DNA of 64,000 nt from Patescibacteria group bacterium. GTDB lineage: Bacteria > Patescibacteriota > Patescibacteriia > Patescibacteriales > UBA12465. The notes under the pieces are model-generated. The model was not told the DNA's origin. It was given only the letters and a program-made list of their open reading frames with translations, and ran no database searches. The stretch is from contig JBAZJV010000001.1 of assembly GCA_041651095.1 (NCBI GenBank), positions 83,835 through 147,834 of the forward strand. Reading direction: 5' to 3'. A program made the translations under genes and the position numbers. Below, piece by piece: positions 57,041 to 64,000 of this stretch. Numbering within the stretch: the first letter of the stretch is position 1; every line of letters begins with the position of its first letter.

Positions 57041-58268
57041 ATCTGTTTATGATTAGTTGAGTAAAAATTGGATCAAGTTCGACAACAAATGCTTTTCTTC
57101 GCATTTGTTCGCAGGCCAGTAGAGTTGTTCCTGAGCCACCGAATAAATCTAAGACGTTTTGTCCTGGCCTAGAACAGCGTCGAAGTGGCTTTTCATAAAG
57201 GTCAACTGGTTTCTGTGTCGGATGTAAATACTCATTGCCTGGCAAACGCTTTACTAGCCACAAATCAATCATATCTAAGATGTCATCTGAAGCACGATTG
57301 CCATTACTAACTCCCTTATTGAGTATTTCGTTTAGATTGCGGTTATTGTCGTTTAAGTAAGGTCGCCCAACTGACCCGTAAACAACTGGCTCATAGCATT
57401 TGTTAAACGCATTTTTAGGAGTACTATTAAAACCATTTTTCACCCATATATTTACCCGTTCGTTTTTAATACCGAGTTCATGATAAGTAGTTTGTAGCAC
57501 CCAGATGTATCGCTGGTCACAGAAGTAGAAACAATGCAGGTCTGATTTAGATACAAACAATGCGTTCGCCACTGTTTTTTTAATGAACTGCTTGTATTCG
57601 TCATCACTTTTATTGTCGTTAGCTGAACCACCGTAGTTAGCTTTACCGCCGACACCTTTGTTATAACTCAATCCAATATTGTAAATTGGGTCAGAAATTA
57701 TTAAATCTATCTTTTCGTTACCAACCAGTTTTTTAACAACCTCAAGGTCAGTGCTGTCCCCACAAATTAATCTGGAGTTACCTAGTAAAAACATATCTCC
57801 AATTTTTATATCTGTGGTTTTAGCTACTTCAATTTCTTTTTCTACGTCAAAATTATCGTTTTCAATTTCCAATGCCGAATCCCACATATCTGAAATTGTC
57901 TGATCATCAAAGCCAGCACCGAGAAGAATATCCAAATTTATTTCTCTTAATAAGTCTAAGTCCCATTCGCCCAAACAAGCATTAAATTTTAGATTCAAAT
58001 CCTGTTCAGCTTCGAATGGTAAATCTAAATACACGACTGGTACTTCTTTGTATCCAAGCTTTTTTGCAATCTTATATCTCTGGTGTCCCCCGATGATAAT
58101 ATTTTCTCGACCTTGATGTTTATTGACGATGATGGGATCTACCAAAGAGTATTTTTTGATACTCTCTGTTAGATGTCGTTCCTGATCCTCTGTCATCCGA
58201 CGAGGATTATACTCACTTTCGTGAAGAAGTGAGATTGGCACCTGTACGATTTCAATTTGCTGTTGCAT
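57000..58268 (-). CDS. ParB-like nuclease domain fused to a DNA methyltransferase
   Basis: ParB N-terminal domain VPISLLHESEYNPRRM...IIGGHQRYKIAKKLG. Methyltransferase motif IV variant ISDPIYN and motif I LDLFGGSGTT. The start is set at MQQQIEIVQV; the tracked ORF extends 20 codons further. Confidence 0.85.
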   Translation of the reverse strand: MQQQIEIVQVPISLLHESEYNPRRMTEDQERHLTESIKKYSLVDPIIVNKHQGRENIIIGGHQRYKIAKKLGYKEVPVVYLDLPFEAEQDLNLKFNACLGEWDLDLLREINLDILLGAGFDDQTISDMWDSALEIENDNFDVEKEIEVAKTTDIKIGDMFLLGNSRLICGDSTDLEVVKKLVGNEKIDLIISDPIYNIGLSYNKGVGGKANYGGSANDNKSDDEYKQFIKKTVANALFVSKSDLHCFYFCDQRYIWVLQTTYHELGIKNERVNIWVKNGFNSTPKNAFNKCYEPVVYGSVGRPYLNDNNRNLNEILNKGVSNGNRASDDILDMIDLWLVKRLPGNEYLHPTQKPVDLYEKPLRRCSRPGQNVLDLFGGSGTTLLACEQMRRKAFVVELDPIFTQLIINRYEQYANQKVIKLN

Positions 58269-58371
58269 ATTGTTGTAAATTAAAAATGGATTATGTGTTC
58301 TACATAATCCATTATAAATTGAGTGCAACAGCTTGGCACGATTAAGGGGGCCGTTTATCGAGCTTTTTGGC

Positions 58372-59235
58372 TTATTTGAGATGTTTCAATAATTTTTTTC
58401 TTTTATTTTTATCTACTTTTTCAAACAAGCTATCGTATTGGCTCATCTTATATGGTTGTGATTTATCAATATTATTTTTATTAACGTATGTATTCTCTAC
58501 ATTTAAATTTTTTTGATAATCAGAATCCTTTAATGGTCTATTCTTAACTTGATAACCAGGTAATTCATGTAGTAAAGGTGTAACTTCTTTGGTCCAAATA
58601 TCTATAATATTTTGTCTCGAAGTATTGGAATATATGCTTATCTCTACATGATCATCTTTTTTGACAACTTTAATTCTTCCTTTACCAACTAAACTTTTAA
58701 AATGTTCAATTTGCTTTTTATTTCGACGCCAACAATCTTTAAATTTATTTAATCCAGAATTCTTATATACTTTAAAAAACAATTTTCTTCTTGATGCATC
58801 TCCTACATAATGCAAGGTGATGTCTAACAACTTTTTAACCTTGTCTTTAATTCCATCAAAAAGTATGCAGTCTATAATGGCACTGACTGTTTGTTCGTCA
58901 CTATTAAGTTTGTTACTAAATTTGTTAATTACTCTCGACGCTTCTTTTTTTAATTCAGCAAGTGATATTTTTACTTTTTGAGCAGAAACCAGATCAACGA
59001 TTCCGTTTTTATGTTCAAGGCTAATTACCATTTTATTATTTTTAAATACAAATGTTGCACCTGTTATCTTTTTTAATTCCGCAGGTGAATATATTATATT
59101 GTCCTTTATGAATTCTTGTTCGGTTTTATAAATTTTAAACAAACCCAGAGCTACTCTAGATTTATTAATCTCTTGCCAGAATTTATGATTCCTCGGGTGG
59201 GTTATGTATTTTAAATTTTGTATCATGGTTGCCAT
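58372..59235 (-). CDS. Hypothetical protein
   Basis: Intact 287-aa Lys-rich ORF in the same operon orientation. No motif recognised. Confidence 0.6.
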   Translation of the reverse strand: MATMIQNLKYITHPRNHKFWQEINKSRVALGLFKIYKTEQEFIKDNIIYSPAELKKITGATFVFKNNKMVISLEHKNGIVDLVSAQKVKISLAELKKEASRVINKFSNKLNSDEQTVSAIIDCILFDGIKDKVKKLLDITLHYVGDASRRKLFFKVYKNSGLNKFKDCWRRNKKQIEHFKSLVGKGRIKVVKKDDHVEISIYSNTSRQNIIDIWTKEVTPLLHELPGYQVKNRPLKDSDYQKNLNVENTYVNKNNIDKSQPYKMSQYDSLFEKVDKNKRKKLLKHLK

Positions 59236-59306
59236 ACATGGATATTATACCGCCAAAAGCAAAATCAAAAAAGACCAGTTATACCCTGATCTTTTTTGCC
59301 TTATCA

Positions 59307-59738
59307 TTATCCTCGTGGATGTGCCTGTCTGTATTTATCCATCAGCCACTGAAAGCTTTTATTACTAACGGATATTGGGTATCCAGTTTCATCAAAATAT
59401 ACCGAAATGGAAATCATTTTCTTGTTGGCCAACGAGAAAATTAAATAAATCAAACCTGGCAATATCCATAGCAACAACAGTATGACCAAAACGACCCCAT
59501 TCAATCCACGCCACTCTTTGTTTAAAATGATGTAGTTTTGTTTGTAGTTTTTAGAAACTACATTGTATGACGGGTATTCCTGTTTTACAAAGTCTATAAA
59601 GCTATCGAACCGGTCATCCCCAGTTTCATTACCAGAGGATGAAGTAGCTTTACCTGCCTGGTTCAGGAATTCGCCACAGTGTTTACACTTTTTGGCATCT
59701 TCTTGCACCTCTTCGGCGCAGAATGGACACTTCTTCAT
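59307..59738 (-). CDS. Zinc-ribbon membrane protein
   Basis: The N-terminal CPFCAEEVQEDAKKCKHCGEF is a C-x2-C...C-x2-C ribbon. TM helix VVLVILLLLWILPGLIYLIF. Confidence 0.65.
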   Translation of the reverse strand: MKKCPFCAEEVQEDAKKCKHCGEFLNQAGKATSSSGNETGDDRFDSFIDFVKQEYPSYNVVSKNYKQNYIILNKEWRGLNGVVLVILLLLWILPGLIYLIFSLANKKMISISVYFDETGYPISVSNKSFQWLMDKYRQAHPRG

Positions 59739-59777
59739 AATGTATGAAGTTAATAATTAGACGGGTAAAACAAAAAA

Positions 59778-59918
59778 GGGCAGTCTTACCCGACTAGCCA
59801 CTTTTCGCGAAACCCAAAGGCTCCGTTTGTGGAGGTAGACTGCCCATCCTTATCCGCAAACGGAAAAGACGGGCTGTCTTTGACCCTTGGATTTATCGCG
59901 ATTAAATTGTGGCTAGTC
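59778..59918. ncRNA. Candidate structured RNA or leader element (strand unresolved) in the divergent intergenic region
   Basis: Five complementary segment pairs. (1) 59792-59801 with 59909-59918, 10/10. (2) 59805-59810 with 59896-59901, 6/6. (3) 59814-59820 with 59884-59890, 6/7. (4) 59822-59833 with 59853-59864, 12 bp including one G-U. (5) 59778-59790 with 59834-59845, 12 bp plus a 1-nt bulge, which pairs the apical loop with the flank. Confidence 0.4.
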
Positions 59919-59995
59919 ATATACAATTATAGGTTATTTGACCCTTTTTTACAATAGGCCTACACCTTCGACCTTTACTAATACAGATGACACAC

Positions 59996-60054
59996 CTGGC
60001 AAATTAGTCCAGTTGGTAAACTGTAGGTAACTTATTACCAAAAGCCAGTTTTTT
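59996..60054 (+). terminator. Possible plus-strand intrinsic terminator
   Basis: CTGGC (59996-60000) pairs with GCCAG (60044-60048), and TTGGTAA (60013-60019) with TTACCAA (60035-60041). T6 follows at 60049-60054. There is no annotated plus-strand gene upstream. Confidence 0.3.
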
Positions 60055-60078
60055 AAGCTAAAATGAAGTCAAATCTGA

Positions 60079-60107
60079 TTGACTAAGCGGTCTGGAAGGG
60101 GTAAAAT
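60079..60107 (+). promoter_or_regulatory. Candidate promoter of the Gabija-like operon
   Basis: TTGACT (60079-60084), N17, TAAAAT (60102-60107), 35 nt upstream of the ATG at 60142. Confidence 0.45.
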
Positions 60108-60141
60108 TAAACTGTGTTGTTCAGATAACCTATTCAAATTT

Positions 60142-61956
60142 ATGAAAGTAATTTATTTAAAAATTGAAAATTTTCGCGGCATAAAAACTGCTGAATTATT
60201 TTTTAGTGGACATACTTTATTTGTAGGCAACAACAATGTTGGTAAATCGACTATTTGTGAAGCGCTGGATTTGTTGCTTGGGCCAGATCGGTTAAGTAAA
60301 CCAATTGACGAATATGATTTTTACAATGCTAAATATCTAGCTGAAGATGGTAGTGCAATTTCAATTTCAATTGAGGCTGTTTTAATTGATCTTTCCGAGG
60401 AATTTCAGAGTAAGTTTTCAAATCATCTTGAATTCTGGAATAAGGTTGAAGGTCGTCTACTTGGTCAGGAAGAAATTGAAGCCACAAACAACGAAAATGT
60501 TTGTCCGTGTTTAAGATTACATTTTAAAGCAAATTATGATTCAGAGGAAGATGAATTTGTAGCTAAAACGTATTATAGCCATAGTCCTGATGAAGATGAT
60601 GGGAAGTTTACGGAAGTTTACCGGTCTCAAAAGCGAGAATTTGGTTTTTTATATTTGAGGGCTTTGCGGACAGGTAGTAGAGCTTTAAGTCTTGAAAAAG
60701 GAACTCTATTAGATGTTTTACTTCGTCTAGGTGAAATCAGACCTCACTTATGGGAGGATACTAGAAACACTTTACTAAATTTAGACCCTGCAATTGATGC
60801 GTCTATTGACCCACTAAGATCTGTATTAAATAATATTGAAGAGAGAATAAGCCAATATATACCACTTGATACTCGTGAAAAAAGAACCAGATTGTTTGTG
60901 TCACAATTGACTCGTGAGCATTTGCGAAAAACTCTTTCATTCTTCATGTCTACAGCTCCAGATCAAGCACCTATTCCTTTTCAGGATTTAGGAACAGGCA
61001 CATTAAGCACCTTAGTTTTTGCACTTCTTTCAGCTATAGCAGAATTGAAAAAGGATAATGTTATTTTTGCTATGGAGGAACCAGAAATTTCAATTCCACC
61101 ACATACTCAGAGACGAATAATAAATTACTTACTTGGTAATACTTCACAATCTTTTGTTACATCACATTCACCATATATAATAGAAAAATTTGAACCAGAA
61201 CAAATCATAATACTTAGACGAGGTGATGATGCACAAATGACAGGAACTTCTGTGACCTTGGCTTCGGGGATGAAAGCGAAAAATTACCAACGTAAATTAA
61301 GACACTCAATAGCCGAATGTTTATTGGGAAGAGCAGTTATCATTGGAGAAGGATTGGTTGAGCAACAAGTATTGTCCGCAGCCAGTGAAATAATGGAGAA
61401 AAATATTGCGAATTACCCATTAGATCTATCGGGAGTTTCCATCTTCGATTCTGGTGGTGATGGAACCTTGCAAGAATATGGAGCCTTTTTCCGTTCTTTA
61501 GGTCTTAAGGCATACGCATTTTATGATAAGAAAAAAAGATCCAACGAGGAAATCCAAAAAATAACAGCAAATTTTGATTATGCTAAAGAAACAGATTATA
61601 AAGGCATTGAAACATTGTTGACGACTGAAATACCAGTTGATGTCCAGTGGCAGTATCTAGAAATTATGTCATCTTCCGGTCTTCTGACTAAAGGTCCAAC
61701 AATTCCAGCAAATAAACCGACGGATAAAGAAATTCGTAGTCTAACACAGCAGATATTGGTTGATCACAAAGGAGATTCCCGTGGTGCTGATTTAATCAAA
61801 TTATGTTCTGAAAATAACTTACCAAATAGTGTAAGTGAGTTTTTACAGAAAGTGTATCAAGATTTTCCTAAACCAACGGAAGTGCAACCCGTTGTATTTC
61901 AACCCGCTCTCGTTCAAGTTGACCTTGATCTTAAGGGGGAGGAAACAAATTTTTAA
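60142..61956 (+). CDS. gajA: OLD-family ATPase/Toprim nuclease, GajA-like
   Basis: The N-terminus MKVIYLKIENFRGIK...FVGNNNVGKST is the ABC/AAA_15 Walker A region. Walker B-like VIFAMEEPE and SHSPYII are present. The Toprim-like segment is AVIIGEGLVEQQVL. A UvrD-like helicase gene follows directly (class 2 OLD arrangement). Confidence 0.8.
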   Translation: MKVIYLKIENFRGIKTAELFFSGHTLFVGNNNVGKSTICEALDLLLGPDRLSKPIDEYDFYNAKYLAEDGSAISISIEAVLIDLSEEFQSKFSNHLEFWNKVEGRLLGQEEIEATNNENVCPCLRLHFKANYDSEEDEFVAKTYYSHSPDEDDGKFTEVYRSQKREFGFLYLRALRTGSRALSLEKGTLLDVLLRLGEIRPHLWEDTRNTLLNLDPAIDASIDPLRSVLNNIEERISQYIPLDTREKRTRLFVSQLTREHLRKTLSFFMSTAPDQAPIPFQDLGTGTLSTLVFALLSAIAELKKDNVIFAMEEPEISIPPHTQRRIINYLLGNTSQSFVTSHSPYIIEKFEPEQIIILRRGDDAQMTGTSVTLASGMKAKNYQRKLRHSIAECLLGRAVIIGEGLVEQQVLSAASEIMEKNIANYPLDLSGVSIFDSGGDGTLQEYGAFFRSLGLKAYAFYDKKKRSNEEIQKITANFDYAKETDYKGIETLLTTEIPVDVQWQYLEIMSSSGLLTKGPTIPANKPTDKEIRSLTQQILVDHKGDSRGADLIKLCSENNLPNSVSEFLQKVYQDFPKPTEVQPVVFQPALVQVDLDLKGEETNF

Positions 61957-61958
61957 AT

Positions 61959-63698
61959 ATGGAACTCTGTGAGGAAGATATTTATAGTCAAATTATTAAC
62001 GCAAAAGGACATGTATTAGTTACGGGTGGGCCTGGTAGTGGAAAAACAACAACTGCTTTAAAGAAAGCAATTAAATTTATTGATGATAAAAAACTAAGAG
62101 CTGGTCAAAATGTATTATTTTTAAGTTTTTCTAAGGCTGCAGTTGCTCGTATTAATCAAACCTCTCACTCACTAGATGAAGGCGGTATTCATAAAAAAGA
62201 ATTATGTATTCAAACATTTCATTCTTTTTTTTGGGAAATAATTAAAACACACGGCTACTTGTTAGGTTCATCAAAAAAAATAAAAGTTTTACCACCTTAT
62301 GAGGAAGATTCCTTAAAACTTGGTCGTAAGGATGATAGTGAGGAGTGGATAGCTGAAAGGAAAAACATGTTCATTAGACAAGGATTAGTATCATTTGATC
62401 TGTTTGCACCGTTAACTCTTGAAATAATGACGCATAGTCCTAAAATTTTAAATATTATAACTAGAAAATTTCCATTAATCATAGTGGATGAATCACAGGA
62501 TACCGATACAGAGCAATGGGAGTGTATTAAAAAGTTATCACAAGGATCAGAAATTACTTTGCTGGCTGATATAGATCAACAAATCTATGATTACAGAAAA
62601 AATGTCTCAAGCGAAAGACTTAATGAAATAGTAAATCAATTAAATCCAATTCAATTTAAACTTGGTACTAAAAATTTCAGAAGCTCAACCACAGAAATTC
62701 TTGCATTTGCTAGTGATTTAAAAAACAATTTACCACGGGCTGAAATATATAGCGGAATTTCCTGTTTAAATTATAGCCCCCAAGCAGCGTACAGAGATAA
62801 ACAGATACGACAAAGTATCGGTATTTTATGTTCAAAAATTGAAAATGCTAAAGGTGGAAAGGCATTAAATGTAGCAATTTTGGCAACATGGGGCCGAGGA
62901 GTAAAGATAATTTCCCAAGCACTTCGTGGGAACGAACAAAAAAAAGAAATAAAACACAAAGTACAATTTGATGAAACAACAGCACTGCTGTCGAGCAAAG
63001 TAATCGCATTTTTACTTGAGCCAAAATTTCCTGGTAAAGTAAACGAAGATTTGATTACCATTTTGTGCTACATGTCAGATATTTTGAAGGCTAAAGGAAA
63101 AAAGAAGGAAGATTGGGAAAAATATGATAATTGGTGTAAAAACATACATAATAATCAGATTCCTAGGAGAGGTAAAATTATTTCTGAACTTAAAGGAGTT
63201 TTAAATAAAATATACAACATAAAACACTCTGGAAATCCAGGAAAAGACTGGCTTAGAATCAAGGAATTTTTATTAGTGGCTGACTCTAAAGAAATTAACG
63301 AACTTGGTAAAAATGCTGAATACCTTATGGTGTTCAATCGTGGTAAAAAGATATCTGCTGGCTTAAATGGTGTTTGGAAAGAAAAAGGAATATATGAAAA
63401 CGCTAGGACCATATTAACAAATGCCATTGTTGAATCTCAGATCATGTCAGATGATAACGAGCTTAGGGGAGTTCATGTAATGACCATCCATAAAGCAAAG
63501 GGGAAAGAATTTGATGGTGTAATTATATTTTATGATCCAAATTCATCACCGTTAATCTTGTCCGGTGATAAAACACCATTTGCACGGAGCCGTAAATTAT
63601 TATTTGTAGGTATTACCCGCGCTCGTTTTCACACGTTGATTCTTAAAAACGCAACTGTAAGATGTCCTATTTTGGATGGTTTTAATATCTCAAACTAA
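61959..63698 (+). CDS. gajB: UvrD/PcrA-like superfamily 1 helicase, GajB-like
   Basis: Walker A VTGGPGSGKTTTA, motif II IIVDESQDT, and late motifs VMTIHKAKGKEFDGVII and LLFVGITRAR. It starts 2 nt after the gajA-like stop. Confidence 0.8.
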   Translation: MELCEEDIYSQIINAKGHVLVTGGPGSGKTTTALKKAIKFIDDKKLRAGQNVLFLSFSKAAVARINQTSHSLDEGGIHKKELCIQTFHSFFWEIIKTHGYLLGSSKKIKVLPPYEEDSLKLGRKDDSEEWIAERKNMFIRQGLVSFDLFAPLTLEIMTHSPKILNIITRKFPLIIVDESQDTDTEQWECIKKLSQGSEITLLADIDQQIYDYRKNVSSERLNEIVNQLNPIQFKLGTKNFRSSTTEILAFASDLKNNLPRAEIYSGISCLNYSPQAAYRDKQIRQSIGILCSKIENAKGGKALNVAILATWGRGVKIISQALRGNEQKKEIKHKVQFDETTALLSSKVIAFLLEPKFPGKVNEDLITILCYMSDILKAKGKKKEDWEKYDNWCKNIHNNQIPRRGKIISELKGVLNKIYNIKHSGNPGKDWLRIKEFLLVADSKEINELGKNAEYLMVFNRGKKISAGLNGVWKEKGIYENARTILTNAIVESQIMSDDNELRGVHVMTIHKAKGKEFDGVIIFYDPNSSPLILSGDKTPFARSRKLLFVGITRARFHTLILKNATVRCPILDGFNISN

Positions 63699-63699
63699 A

Positions 63700-64000
63700 A
63701 TGCAATATCTCCAGCCAAAACAATACTACATTGACCTCTACGACAAAATGACCATATCTGAATGCAGAGGTTTAATCGAACGAGGTAATAACCCCGTTTT
63801 TGATGACAAGGGCGAATCTCCAGAAATAAAAAAAATACGTCGTGAATTTATCGGTGGTCCTTTAACCGAGATGATTGTCTATTTTTGCAAGGGTGAAAGG
63901 TATCTAAAAAAGGAAGAAACTATTCTCAAATGGATGGACAGAGATACCAAAAAAGACAATCAACTAGAATCTGCCAAACCGCCTGTTGGAATAAATTGTT
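63700..64000 (+). CDS. Partial ORF (3' end beyond the window) tightly coupled to the gajB-like gene; hypothetical
   Basis: The ATG at 63700 is 1 nt after the gajB-like stop. The frame is open for 100 codons to the window edge (MQYLQPKQYYIDLYDKMTISECRGLIERG...). It is absent from the ORF track because no stop is in the window. Confidence 0.5.
   Translation, partial: MQYLQPKQYYIDLYDKMTISECRGLIERGNNPVFDDKGESPEIKKIRREFIGGPLTEMIVYFCKGERYLKKEETILKWMDRDTKKDNQLESAKPPVGINC

Larger units (their letters stand above)
45391..64000. mobile_element. AT-rich genomic island or prophage-like element next to tRNA-Ser; right end not in the window
   Basis: Codon and base composition change abruptly right after the tRNA-Ser/tRNA-like pair. 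The cargo is type I R-M, a large serine recombinase, TerL, TerS-like, orphan methyltransferases and a Gabija-like pair. Confidence 0.55.

Noticed and set aside
59938-59955. TTGACC...TACAAT considered as a plus-strand promoter.
   Set aside because: Only 6 nt separate the two hexamers, far from the 16-18 nt needed. TTGACCCTT is better described as one copy of a 9-nt direct repeat.
60079-60141. The TTG start at 60079 given by the ORF track for the gajA-like gene.
   Set aside because: The extension (MTKRSGRGKIKLCCSDNLFKF) precedes the canonical N-terminus of this ATPase family (MKVIYLKIENFRG, ATG at 60142). The TTGACT at 60079 fits better as a -35 box with TAAAAT 17 nt downstream.

Overview
The window has two parts with visibly different base composition.

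**Part A (nt 1 to about 45,390): GC-richer, probably host chromosome.** The gene content resembles a small-genome Patescibacteria/CPR-type bacterium; this placement is inference only.
- It starts with a giant secreted cysteine-rich surface protein of more than 2,600 aa whose signal peptide is cut by the window edge.
- T4SS-like genes follow: a VirB6/TrbL-like protein, then much later PrgI-like and VirB4-like proteins.
- There is a SAM-cycle trio: a PfkB kinase, ahcY and metK.
- radA, recG, tRNA-Arg(GCG) and tRNA-Ser(GCU) are present.
- The most unusual feature is at 16.3-34.6 kb. It is a same-strand array of nine diverged paralogs. Each has a roughly 380-aa helical-looking N-terminal domain and a PpsA-type swivel phosphohistidine domain (GG-x-T-[CS]-H-A-A-I). 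None has a PEP/pyruvate TIM barrel.
- A single stand-alone 312-aa PPDK_N-type ATP-grasp protein follows the array directly.
- I read this as a split rifampin-phosphotransferase-like dikinase in which one ATP-grasp module serves nine alternative substrate modules.
- Two paralogs carry N-terminal winged-HTH domains and have palindromes in front of them. An HD protein, a HAD-like protein and two histidine-phosphatase-fold proteins are interspersed.

**Part B (about 45,391 to 64,000): AT-rich island next to tRNA-Ser.**
- The island begins right after tRNA-Ser and a degenerate tRNA-like element.
- It carries an XRE regulator and a type I R-M operon. The operon has an unknown gene wedged between hsdM and hsdS, and a 4x12-bp repeat in hsdS.
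- It also carries a large serine recombinase, TerL and TerS-like genes, and two orphan DNA methyltransferases, one fused to ParB.
- A densely base-paired 140-nt intergenic element may be a pseudoknot or a terminator/antiterminator.
- A Gabija-like OLD-ATPase/UvrD-helicase pair is followed by a tightly coupled third gene that runs off the window.

No rRNA genes or CRISPR arrays were seen. All homology calls are motif recognition by eye; nothing was computed against databases.
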